Origin: Octopus vulgaris
Taxonomy: Eukaryota
Direction: 5' to 3'
NCBI GenBank assembly: GCA_951406725.2
Contig: OX597820.1
Span: forward strand, 73,656,001 to 73,720,000
DNA: 64,000 nt
This document shows, one piece after another, positions 51,418 through 64,000 of the stretch. The translations under genes and the position numbers were made by a program. Position 1 is the first letter of the stretch. Every line of letters starts with the position of its first letter. The notes beneath the pieces were generated by a model. It made no database searches and was not told where the DNA came from. It worked only from the letters and a program-made list of their open reading frames with translations.

Positions 51418-54366
51418 TATCTCTACAGTTATTTACCTTCCTATCTGCTCAGCTTCAAAGTCAACAAAACTCTATATTCAATTTAAGTCACATGAAACTG
51501 GGACAAGCAGTGTTTATGTTCATTCTTTACTCAGGGCCACAACTTAATGGTAGCAGTAAGAGAGGAACTTGTGGTTTGCAATCCAGTATTTTCATTTCAC
51601 AACCATTGTACCATAGTTATATTTAGAATGGTGAGAACAGTGTTTAGTCTTAGATAAAGAAGTTTGTAATAAAAGAGTGAGGTTTCCAGTAAGACTGGTA
51701 TGGTATTGTCTACGTATTTTTATTTGCTTTAGTAATTAGTCTGCCATGCTGGAGCATTACCTTAAAGAATTATTTAGCTAATCTTAATGACTCCAGCAAT
51801 CTGGGACTTATTTGAGTGATTTCTGTTTTTTACAATGCCAAGTCATGAGATATAAATGCAGACACACACATTACAAGCTTTCACACTTATGCATATATAC
51901 TATGAGCTTCCACAGTTTGTCTACCAATTTCATTCACAAGACATTTGTTAGCCTCTAGCTATAGCAAGAGACACTTGATGTTGCTTTCAAATAACGTTTT
52001 TTGTTGTTGTTGTTGTCATTCTTGAGTGCATAATGAAGAACTATTTACTGTTAACATTTACCTCTATGATGCCTGATGGATGAGTCTACTGTGAAATTTG
52101 ACTGACAGGAAGTAGTGTGGCTTCTGGAAAAATCAAAGATCATGTGAAGTGACAGAAAATGGGTTGGATATGTGGTATGACAAAGAAAAAAGAAATGCTA
52201 CAGGCTTGTGGTTGGTTTTAGCTATCTAAAGTGATGACAATATTTAACACTTTTACACCTCAATACTGAAAAAATTATTCTTCTAATTACTTAAATTATC
52301 ATGACGTGTATGTGTGTATGTGATCATGATCATTTATTGTCTCTTTTTCCATGTTGGTGTGAGTTGGACAGTTTGACAGGAGCTGGCAAGCTAGATGGCT
52401 GTACCAGCTCTTGTTCAGCTATCCAATCTATGGTAGCATGGAAAACAGATGTTAAATGATGATGATGATGATCACACACACACACACACACACTCTCACT
52501 CTCACACACACACTCACTCTCACACACACATAATTGTGTTGCAAATTTGCAGTTGTGCATTTACTTGTTAAAAATAAAATTGAATGAATGAAACCAGTGT
52601 GAAAGTCAGCCAAAGTCTATCATTTGGGGAAGTGTTTTCCTTTCCATCAGATAAGATGTATATGAAAATATAAAGTTTGTGCTTGTGATAGATAATAGCC
52701 TGAGTGATGTGCAATGTCTCTCTTTCTCTCTCTATTTGTATGAGTATATTTCTGCCTCTGTGTGTGTGTGTGTGTGTGTGTGTTTGTATGTTTTGGCCTC
52801 CAGCCCCAAATCATACTGTTGCCAAAACAGGTGGAATGTTCAGTTAGCCATGCCAGATTGTCAATACCCAAACAGCTGTGCTGAATAGTTTCATTCCAAA
52901 GTCAAATATCGATGTTGAACCTAGCAGATATATTTGCTTTCTTTACAAAAAGTACTTTTGTCCTAAAAAAAAATAAAATGAAATTATTTAAGATCATCAT
53001 CATCGTCATCATCACTATTGTTTAACATCCATTTTCTATGCCAGCATGGGTTGGGCAGTTTGACAGGGAGCTGGCCAGCCAACAAGTTGTCTGGGCTCCA
53101 ATTGTCTTTTTGATATGGGGTGCTTTTATGTGGCACCAGTGTGAGCATTCGCTTTACATGACACTGGCACAAGTACATTTTACATGGCACCAGCACCTGC
53201 AAGTCAAAAACCTCTCGGCAGGGGGAATTCCATTAAATGTATCTATTTGTTAAGACAGGCACAGGTATGGTTGAGTGGTCTAGAAGCTCACTTTGCAACC
53301 ATATGATTTTGGGTTCAGTCCCATTGTCCATGTTGACTCATGCCTTGTGAATGAATATGACTGATAGGAACTGCCTGGAAGCCTGATTTTGTGTGTGTGC
53401 ATGCACGTGTGTGTGTATGTGCATGTGTGTGAGAGTGTGTGTGTGTGTGTGTACATGTGTATTTGTGTTTGCCTCTGCCCGTTTGACAGCCATTTATTTA
53501 TATCTCTATGACTTAGCAGTTTGACAAAAATTGACTGATAAAATAAGAACCAGACTTAAAATAAATACTCGGGTTAATTTGATTAAATAAGCCCTTCGAG
53601 GTATTGTGCTGGCCACAGTCCAATTACTGAAACATGTAAAAAAATATATATTGAAGTCTCAATTTAAAGTGTTAACATGCTATCTTTTATCTTTTACTTA
53701 TTTCAGTTATTGGACTGTGTCCATGCTGGGGCATCAATTAAATTGTCCTCAGTACTTGGGTTTTTTAAGTCTTGTACTTATTCCGTTGGTCACTTTGTCA
53801 AACTGCTAAGTCATGAAGATGTAAACAAACTGGTTGTCAGGTGGTGTTGGTTGGTAGTGGGGGTGACACACACACACACACGTGGGTGTGTGTGACGGGC
53901 TTCCACTCAGTTTCCATCTATCAAATTCACTCGCTAGGCATTGACCAGCTCAGAGCTATAACAGAAGACTTAGGTGATACATGCTGCACAATGGGGCTGA
54001 ACCTGAAAGCACATGATTGCAATATGAGTTTCTTATCCATGCAGCCATGCCTGCACCTATTAGTCTCATTCCTACATTTGAATTATTGATTCTTTATAGT
54101 TTGATTATTGATTTTTAAAGCTATAAGACATTAAACTCACCTGAAGTTGTTTTTTGATAAAAGAACCAAAAATGTACATTTCTTTCTTTACAGTGTTTAT
54201 ATTAAAGTTTTTTAAGTGTTTATGTTCCAAACACTAATTTAGTGACACAAAAGTTAGTTAATTTACTAAATCTTTCCATTTGCTTGATTATTTTCAAAAT
54301 TAATTGAAACAAAAGTAAGAGGAAAAAATATACAAGAAAATCTGTTTGTAATAGAAAATCTGTTAG

Positions 54367-54780
54367 AGGCGCAGGAGTGGCTGTGTGGTAAGTAGCTTGC
54401 TGACCAACCACATGGTTCCGGGTTCAGTCCCACTGCGTGGCATCTTGGGCAAGTGTCTTCTGCTATAGTCCCGGGCCGACCAATGCCTTGTGAGTGGATT
54501 TGGTAGACAGAAACTGAAAGAAGCCTGTCGTATATATGTATATATATATATAAGTGTGTGTGTATATGTTTGTGTGTCTGTGTTTGTCACCCTAGCATTG
54601 CTTGACAACCGATGCTGATGTGTTTACGTCCCCGTCACTTAGTGGTTCGGCAAAAGAGACCGATAAAATAAGTACTGGGCTTACAAAGAATAAGTCCCGG
54701 GGTCGATTTGCTCGACTAAAGGTGGTGCTCCAGCATGGCCGCAGTCAAATGACTGAAACAAGTAAAAGAGTAAAGAGTAA
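54367..54780 (+). mobile_element. SINE-B, young full-length copy
   Basis: ggcgcaggagtggctgtgtggtaag...gggttcagtccc; CpGs largely retained. Confidence 0.92.
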
Positions 54781-57324
54781 TAATAATTGATTGTTAAATT
54801 TTTTATGTAAGGGACATAATTCTGTAAAACTACTTTAGGCGATATATTTAACAAAAAAAAACGAAAAATATTAAAAAGGGATGTGTTGTGTATTGGAAAA
54901 GTTCCAAATAAATTTAATATTTATACCAAGTGAATGCAACATTAATATAAAACATCTTAGGAAATTAGGCAGTAAAACCATAGGTTTTATTACTATAGCA
55001 CAAATAGTTTTTCTTTTTTTTTTTACTTCAGGCTTTGAATAAACATACTTTGATAGTCAGTTGTAATTTTACTTATAAATGATGCATTATCCCCTCAAAG
55101 TTATGTCGAATTTATTGTTTATTCTTTACTTGTTTCAGCCATTGGACTGTGGCCATGCTGGGGCTCTGCCTTGAAGGGATTAGTCAAAGAAATCAACCCC
55201 AGTATTCATGTTTTTTTTAATTTTTTTAACGTCTGGTACAAGTTCTGTCACTCTTTTGCTAAAACTGCTCAGCTATGGACTGTAAAACAAATTAACATTG
55301 GCTTTCAAGTGGTAATAATGGAGGACACATATGCACACATTTGCATATATACGATGTGATTCCTCACAGTTTCCACTACCAAATCCACTCACAGCTATAG
55401 TAGAAGGCACTTGCTAAAGGTGTTGTGAACTGGGACTGAACCCAGATCGACATAGTTGCAAAGCAACCATCTTAACCACATGGCCAGGTCTGCTCCGCTC
55501 CTATTTATATCTAAATTTGATCTTCAAAGTCTTTGAGCCAAACTTTACTTTTGATATGAGCATAAATTTGTGGTACTGAGCTGTAAATTAAGGATTTTCT
55601 GACTAATTGATACATCAATGATGATGATACCTCACCAAGCTGACAGTTATACATGTATCTACATTGTATATTGTTTTATGTTGGATAAATTATTATAATA
55701 TAAGGTGAGGTACTTTGTAAAGTTATCTGGATCCTAAATCTTGTATGAAAGTCCACGTATAGAACATCTATACATGACTTATTATTGTTTCCTAGGTGCA
55801 TAAAATACAAGGCTAATTAACTTGATTGCATATTTATTTAATTAACTTTAGAAGGCTCAACAGCAAAGTTTACCTTGGCATATTGACAAAATAGTATCGT
55901 GTCTAAATTATTTAGTTTATTACTGCTGTTATCTTAACTGGTTTTTGTTGCAATTTGGAAAATGCTTGATGTATCATTACATTCTATGTTGTGTTGCTGT
56001 CATAATTTTAATGTCATTTTTGAATTAACCATGAGGATGATCATCAATTTCATTGAAAGTCCTCTGTCCATGCTGGCATGGGTTAGTCAATTTGACAGGA
56101 GCTGGCAAGCCAGAGAACTTTGCCAAGTTCTGTTGTCTGCTTTAACATGGTTTCTATGGCTGGATGCCCTTCCTAATGTCAACCACTTTACAGAGTGTAC
56201 TCAGTGCTTTTTATGTGGTACCAGCACCAGTTGGATCACCAACTAACTTCCAAGACAAAGGACCCATCGACTGGGATGGGGAGTAGTATTGCAGGAGGTG
56301 GTTTTTGTGTCATTTGATGAGGGGTTAAAGTATGACAGGAGGATAGAGATAGGTATTTTTTTTTCTGTAGAGGAGATGCATGGGTAATCCAGTTGGAAAA
56401 GAAAGGAAAGATAGACACAAGGAAGGGTGGTGGTGGTGGAGAGGTATTGGGACATACCCTCAATGCAATGGGTGTGTGTGGTGTACTGCTGGTGGTCAGC
56501 TATTATAGAGGAGACAATCCTTCTGAATTAAGTCATCTTAACTTGGAAGTTTAAAATTTAAATGAATGAGTGAAGAAGAATGTGTACAGTATATACACAG
56601 TTGATATTTCTTTTTCCTACATATTATAAGGAGCTTCAAATTTCTTGTCATCGGCAACTATGTATAGTGTCAGTTCATCCTTTTTTAGAATTGCCAGTGT
56701 GGCATAACTCATTAATAAATTATGCTAAATTAAACCTTTTATGAAGTTAGACTTTTCTTACAGAGTGAAAATAGTTTACAGCTTGAAAGGATTTTTTTTC
56801 TTCATCTTTCTCATTGTAAATTGTCAATTGTTCTGCAATAGAATGTAACTACATGAAGAATGTTTTTTGCCTGACAGATTTGCTCAGGAAATACTAACTT
56901 ACATGTAAGAAATTCCTCTTTTCTCTCTCTTCTCTCACTCTGTTGCTGAAAAATTAATAAATATTTTAAAATAATGAAATTACATTGTCAGTTGGAACTC
57001 AGTGCCTGTTTGATTGATATAAAGTGGTGAAATATTTTTCTGCTATCTAATCAACAACTCTGTTGGCAAATAATTTTAGCTCATTTGACTTGTTCTTCTA
57101 GAATCTAAACTCAGGTGGATGTGTATGTATCATCCCATGTCATCAGGGAAGTTGATATACAATAGCTTTATGTATGTTTGGATTGATGGATAGATGGCAA
57201 TCAAATGGTCTTGGGCTTACTTCACTGCATTGCACCTTCTACAGTTCCAAGTCAACCAAAGCCTTGTGAGTGGATTTGGCAGGTAGAAACTGAAAGAACT
57301 CCATCTTGAGTAAGTGTGCATGTA

Positions 57325-57590
57325 TCAATGGTGGGCACAGTTAATACGTTAACCAAAAAGTTAACTTCGATAACCATTAATCAGTTAATATTTCCTAATG
57401 TAACAGAAGTTGTTGATAAACTATTAATTTTAATTTTTATTATAGAAAAAAAAAATCTGTTTTTGCTCTAAAACCACCTAAAAACACCTTTAAAATGTGC
57501 CAAAACTATAAAATCCATTAACTTCAATTGAATTAAAGTTAACAGAAGTTAATTCAGCATGACTTGAGTTAACTTCTTAACTTGAGTTAA
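57325..57590. mobile_element. Probable DNA-transposon relic rich in gttaac repeats
   Basis: Starts caatggtgggcacagttaa; many gttaac/ttaac subrepeats, as seen in hAT subterminal regions; interrupts a SINE. Confidence 0.4.
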
Positions 57591-57599
57591 GTACTTTAT

Positions 57600-58770
57600 C
57601 ATCGACATCATCATCATTTAACATCTGTTGTCCATGCTGGCATGGTTTGGATGGTTTGACTGGGCTGGTAAACTGGAAGGTTGCACTAGACTCCAGTCTG
57701 ATTTGGCATGGTTTTCTGCAGCTGGATGCTCTTCCTAACACCAACCTCTTCAAGAGTGTAATGGGTGCTTTTACTTTCCACCGGCATGGGTGGCATTTAC
57801 ATGACACTGGGATGTTTTTACGTGCCACTGGCACAGGTACCAATTTGCATGACAGTGGTATCTGCCACAACTAAGATTTTGCTCAGTTTGATGGGTCTTT
57901 TCAAGCACGACAAAATACCAAAGGTCTCAGTCATTGCCTCCATGAAGCCTAGTGCTCACAAGGAACTCAACCACTTTGCCTCCGTGAGGCCCAACGCTTG
58001 AAAGATGTTCTCTATGTGCCACCAGCACTGGTGCATTTTGTTTGACAGGTCCTCTCAAGCACAGCACATTGCCAAAGGTCTCAGTCACTAGACATTGCCT
58101 CTTTGAGGCTCAAAGTTCAAAGATCATTTTTCACTACCTTGTTCCATGTCTTCCTGGTCCTACCTCTACCATTGGTTCCCTCCACAGTTAGTGATCAGCA
58201 CTTCTTTACACAGATGTCCTCGTCCATATGCATCACATGACCATACCAGCGCAGTTGTCTTTCCTGCACACCACATCTGATTCCTCTTATGCCTAACATT
58301 TCTCTCAAGATGCTTACACTCTGCTGAACATGCACACTGGCATTGCACAGCCACCAAAGCATACTGGCTTCATTTCTTTCAAGCCTACAAATGTCCTTGG
58401 CTATCCAGCAGGGATAGGAACTCTCTGAATTTTGGTTCTCCTAATCTTATTCTCACAGCTACGCTCTCAGAGCATCCACCTCCACTACTAACTTGGTCAG
58501 CTAGATAAAGGAAGCTATCTACTATCTCTAGCTTGCTCCCCTGGCATTTAATGGAGTCTAATTTCTGCACATTTTCAGTGTTTATTGTACCTGTACATCT
58601 TGCACCTACAAAAGCTAGTTTCCCTATTAACCTTCCCCTGATATGTGTCCAAAGCTTACACTGAGTGTGTCCAAAGCTTACACTGAGTGTGTCCAAAGCT
58701 TACACTGAGTGCATCTTATGGAGTTTCTACCTACACCTTTTCTACAGATTGAGCTTGGCCATCTATATAA
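57600..58770 (-). mobile_element. RTE-clade LINE 3' fragment (RT C-terminus plus 3' UTR)
   Basis: LEIVDSFLYLADQVSSGGGCSESVAVRIRL...KFREFL and upstream ICRKGVGRNSIRCTQCKLW; 3' UTR ends in the (CAT)n-tailed repeat. Internal 22-bp triplication at 58646-58711. Confidence 0.85.
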
Positions 58771-58844
58771 TGAGATTTGTGATTTGTATGCCTTCCTACT
58801 TAGTAAGACTTAATTAGTCAGATAATCATTTTCAGAAAATGTTA

Positions 58845-59240
58845 TCATCATTGTTTAATGTCTGTTTTACATGCTGGCATGGGTTGGACAGTTTGACTGA
58901 GGTCTGGATAGTCAGTGACTGTACCAGGCTTTAATTTGATCTGGCAATGTTTCTACAGCTGGATGCCCTTCCTAATGCCAACCACTCCGAGAGTGTAGTG
59001 GATGCTTTTTACATGCCAATGGCACAGGAGCCAGCCAGGCAGGCCTGGCATTGATCACTTTTGGATGGTGCTTTTTATGTACCACCAGCACAGGAGCCAG
59101 TCAAAGGGTTCTAGCATTGGCCATGTTTGGATGGTGCTTTTTATGTGCCACTGGCATGGGAGCCACTCAGGGTCCACAGCTATGATATTGGTTTTACTTG
59201 ACTCAACAGGTCTTCTCAAGCATATCATATCACCTGACAC
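58845..59240 (-). mobile_element. RTE 3'-UTR repeat
   Basis: Same family as 14615-15040, CpG-decayed. Confidence 0.75.
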
Positions 59241-60771
59241 ATCAGGGGTACTCTTAACTGGGCTGGACATGCATACCTGTGATCTCACTTTAGTTGCTTG
59301 GTACCCAGGTTTGGTGAGTGTGTGTGTGTGTGTGTAAATATATATATATATATATATATATGTAGAGAGAGAGAGAGAGAGAATTATTCAGATGAACAAA
59401 TTAGACATATTAAACATATTAAATACTAGGCTAGCTCCTGTGGTGGGCTCTTCATTAGGCCTTGGGCCCAATAATGATGCTTCATGCATTGAGTACATTT
59501 TAAATTTTATTGAACTTTGACCAATATTTTTCAAGCAATGAACAATTTTCCTCAAAACAATTATAATTTGTCGACTTGGAACTTATTGCAAGGCTGCATG
59601 ATAAACATTTTTTTGTCTTCCCATTCAGGGATCAGTACAATTTTTTTTTTTTCTGTCTAACCTCTTTCTTTCTCTCTCTCTCTCTCTCTTTCTGTTGATT
59701 GTTTTCAACCATCACCAGTACCACCATCATTGCCACCACAACTGCCATCACAACTGTCATGCACACACCATTCAGACTTCTGTATACCTTTTAACTTTGC
59801 TTCCTTCCCCTCCACCACCATCCCCACTGTCTTTCACATCGCTTACAATCACTGTCATTCCTGACTGCCTCAGCTACTACCACCACCATCATCACTGTCA
59901 CTTCCACCTCTATCACAACTACAGCTAAGTGTCGTCTATACAGAGAATCTCTGTATCTCATCTGTGGACTATATACATATGTACATAAATACAATGTATG
60001 GAGTCACATGGCTTAGTGGTTTGGGTATTGGACTCATGATCGTAAGATTGTGGTTTTGATTCCTGGATTGGGCAATGCATTGTGTTCTTGAGCAAAACAC
60101 TTCATTTTCAAGTTGTTCCAGTTCACTCAGCTGGTAAAAAATAGTAATCTTGCAATGAACCAGAGTTCTGTTCGAGGAGGAATATATTCACCAGAGAAAC
60201 CAAGAAACTGGTTCTGTACTCCTTACGGAGTAATGTGGACTAACCGTGTGTGTGTGTGTGTGTGTAGCAACCTCATTAGAGCTGGTTGCATGAAAGAAAT
60301 AAAATGGGATCCTATTCATGTTGTAAAGTGTTTGACATTAGGAAGGGCATTCAGCCACAAAAATGATACCAAAGCAAACACTGGAACATGACGCAATTCT
60401 TGGGCCCATTGGATCCTGTGAAACCTTCCAACCCATGACAGCATGGAACATTGACATAAAAAAAAGAATGATTATGTAGAAATCATCAGAAGTATTATGA
60501 CTAGTTTCAACTCCTATGCTTGCTTCAACTGCTTTCTGATGGAGAGAGGCTTTGCTACAGATGCCTCTAAAGGGCTGGTATTTACACAATGAACACATTG
60601 ACAGGGATCTACAAATGAAGTTAAACTTCAACCAAACTCCTGGAGCTTCTTTATCATGTTGATGATCTCTAATCCTTTATCTTTCAGATTACTCTGCCAA
60701 ATATAATACTCATTTATTCACGTTATTTTAAATTAACCCTGCATTATTATATAGCTTCAATATTTTAATTA

Positions 60772-61001
60772 CAGTAATCTCTCAACTATCATGGGTGTTA
60801 TGTTCCAAAATCCCCCTGATTGGTGAAAATCCGTAAAGTAGAAACTGTACTATATTGTATATATATTTTTTTTTTTCATAATTTGCATATATTCTATTAT
60901 AAATGCAAAACAACACCATGGAGGAATCGACATAAGCTTAAATAATAAATCACAATAGATGAACCACGATTGGTGAACTATGATATGGCGAGGGATTACT
61001 G
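60772..61001. mobile_element. Tc1/mariner (pogo/Tigger-like) MITE nested in a piggyBac-like MITE
   Basis: TA|cagtaatctctc...gagggattactg|TA; host MITE sequence on both sides (60670-61120). Confidence 0.8.
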
Positions 61002-62139
61002 TATATATTTGTTTATTTTTAGAATGAGAGTGTGGGGGTTCGGTGTGAGAGGCCAGATCTGGCTTATTTGAACACAAAACAAGTACAATGTGTAGGCTTG
61101 ATATGGCTGGTATAAATACTGAAGATCTAGACATGGTTTCGACATCTACCAAAATTGATTAGCTGAATTAAAGATCTTACCACTCAGGTTGAGAAACTCT
61201 GTACAGAAATTAATACAATATTTTGGGGAAAAAATTACATTTATAGAAAATATTTAAAAATATCCGTGAATGTAAAAATATTTAGAGGTTTAATGGATTT
61301 TACTTTAATAGAAACAATATAATATATGACTGAACAATTCAATTTCAGGTAGTTTTGTTTTAATTTTACTTTGAAAACTTCTTGATATTCTATATTTATG
61401 GAAGTTTTCAATTACTGCTGTTTCTCACAATCATTTAATATCCATACACATAACAACGAAAACAGTAATAAAGTTGTAGTCTAAGAACGTATATGGAAAA
61501 TATGTTAGATGAAGCATCTAAATACAGTGAGCTATGAACAGAAACTAACTGCTTATTTTTATGTATTGTACCCATATATACACAATTCATAAACAGAACT
61601 TGGATATTCTTATTTGATCTCATTATATAGAAATACAGTAAGTTGTGAAATCGCTAGAGCTAGTTAATTTTCTCTTTGGTGACTAAGTTGTCAGCTTCTT
61701 ACTGGTTTCAATCTGCAAGCAAATTCTGGATAATGAAATGGAATGATTTAATAGTATGACTAATGCATTCTGATATTGATTTTATATATAAAACCTTTTC
61801 TGAATACATCTTCTTCATATGAAATGTCTTGTCTTGAATTGCAATTAAATAATTCTAAAATTTCTGTTTGAGAAAATAGGTATAATTTTGTATGTAGAAG
61901 TAAATGTCCTTGGTTTGAGGAAAAATGTTTATGGTAATGTTAATGATTATTGTTCAATCTGAATAAATAAGTTTGTTTCAAATCTCTTGTTAATAGGAGA
62001 ATCTGTTTAAAAACTGCCAAAACAAAATCTGGAAATTCTCTACTGTTTCAATTTTCTAAACATAGCATTATATATATATATATATTTTCAACAATTTGTT
62101 TTATAACCTAACATTGAACAGCAATGACATTCATTTTTT

Positions 62140-62190
<51 letters not shown>

Positions 62191-62519
62191 TGCATACACA
62201 CATACCTAAATTCAAGTTCTAAATAAAATTGATTTTGAGAATCATGTTTTACTTCATTGATTTGCCATTCAGTGATTCTGAAATTCAAAGTAATTGTAAA
62301 TTCTATAAAATAACAGAATACAAGTTCATGGTTTGTATCATCATTAAATTCTAAACATTGAAATCCTACTAATATAGAATTTCTAGTTTAGTGAAATACT
62401 AAGTTATTAATCTTTCCTTTTTTTGACTTTATTAAAAGAATACAGTCCAGAAAAAGAAAACAACTTATAAGTATTTGTCATTTTCCAATGGTGGTGCCCG
62501 AGCATAGCTACAACCATTT

Positions 62520-62822
62520 GGCTGTAAATAAAAGAGTAAAGAGACCCCCTTTGGTCTCAAATGACCATAGGATTGCATCTAGAAAGTTCCCCTCCAGGGC
62601 ACAAGTTTGGGCAAGGTATGGAAGACTGGCAGTCACTCATGCATACCAGCCTCTCCTCTCCATGCCAACAATGTTATCCAAGAGAAAGGCTGGTACAGCT
62701 TGGCACTGTGACATCACAGCTCATTTCTACAGATGAATGAACTGTAGCAATGTGAAATAAAGTGTCTTGCTCAAGAACACATACACAGCCTGGTCTGGGA
62801 ATCAAACTCGCTACCTCACGAG
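62520..62822 (-). mobile_element. tRNA-derived SINE fragment
   Basis: aaataaagtgtcttgctcaagaacac and gggaatcaaactc (reverse B-box), shared with family C. Confidence 0.65.
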
Positions 62823-64000
62823 AAAAATAAAGGAATTCCATATTTGAGTGCATATACACTTTCCCCACCAAAATAATGTCTCAATAAAAATCTCTACTCT
62901 GGCTTCTATGTGCATAGTTAGTCCACATTAGACTGGTCAAAGACTATTGAAAGTATACCAGGCTTTGCTGATGCTGGACCTAACATCCTCCTCTGTCCTA
63001 CCTGTCTTTGTTGACTCCAGAAGGGCTTTCATACCAATTCTAATTGGTTCCTAGTGATAGTGTTCAGCCTCAAAACTTCCATCTTGTTCTGCATATTTAA
63101 GTCTATATTACATGCTTAAATGCACTAAAAACTTGTTTTCGTGAATACAAACTGCCGAAATTAGGGTGAGTCTAATATGCCAAGGCTTCTTTTATGCCAT
63201 AAAATATGGTTAGTAAGAGCTGTAGCTACTATCTTGTATTCTGTGTAGTGGCATTGTTATATCACCAATGGGCTATGTGCACTGACACTGTTGGCTAATA
63301 AGCCGACTCGTTATCTATTTACTTCATTAATTCTTAAGAAAAATTAATGTTCAATGATACTGATCAAGATAAACATTTTTCAAAATCCAACTTCAAATAT
63401 GACTTTAATTACAGTAATTTATTATTTTATGGAAAGTTAACATTTAAATCCCCATGGATTAAGTAACAACCAATTTTTCTATGCGCTATTTCCATTTCAA
63501 AACCAAAAAAAAAAGATTTTTTTTATACGTGTTTTGCTAAAATATTTTCATTTATTCACATATAATTCCCTATTACTTTTTAGCAACCTAGTTTATAAAG
63601 GAAAGTATTGGTTAACAAAAAAAAAAAAAAAAATTAATTGCTTTTAAATACAAAGTCATGAACATTTTATTGCATTTAGAATTTTACAATATATCAGGGA
63701 CTTAGAAGCCTGTTTAGATAAGAAATTAATGGCTCTTATAGAGTTCTCTTGAAGTTATTAGCATTTATAAAAAAAAGTAAATAATATTTTCCATTCCATC
63801 TTGCATTGCATTTAGATTTTTTTCTCCTAATTATTATGTTTATCCATATTACTGTTGTCGTGTATCTTTTCTTTTGGGCTTTTTTATAAGTTTTGTTGAT
63901 ATTGCTTTAAAGTTGAATAGAAAACTTAGTGCATAGTATAGCAGGGAGAAAAATCATTATTGAAAAACATTTTTCTGCTCTGTCATGAATTATTAATGTT

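Overview
AT-rich, repeat-dense animal genomic DNA. The tRNA-derived SINE families, RTE 3'-UTR fragments with (CAT)n tails and long (TA)n/(AAT)n microsatellites match what I recall of Octopus genomes; this is an inference, not a database match. No intact, recognisable host protein-coding gene was found. Recognisable coding remnants are all transposon-derived: RLE-type LINE, RTE LINE, DD37D maT, mariner and hAT Charlie/Buster. Several MITEs have clear TIRs/TSDs. A CpG-rich domain (~11.5-22.2 kb) contains an NRF1-motif promoter candidate, with weak splice-site-bounded exon candidates on both sides. Most notable: (1) a hammerhead ribozyme with an intact core at 20329-20418, inside a 250-bp inverted-repeat element, with two GUC sites 90 nt apart that could share one core; (2) a tRNA-headed SINE-like element carrying a Penelope-type minimal hammerhead and a fold-back 5' end (22709-23069); (3) a near-identical ~875-bp inverted duplication (34437-35310 / 37039-37913). 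All structures were read by eye and none were computed.
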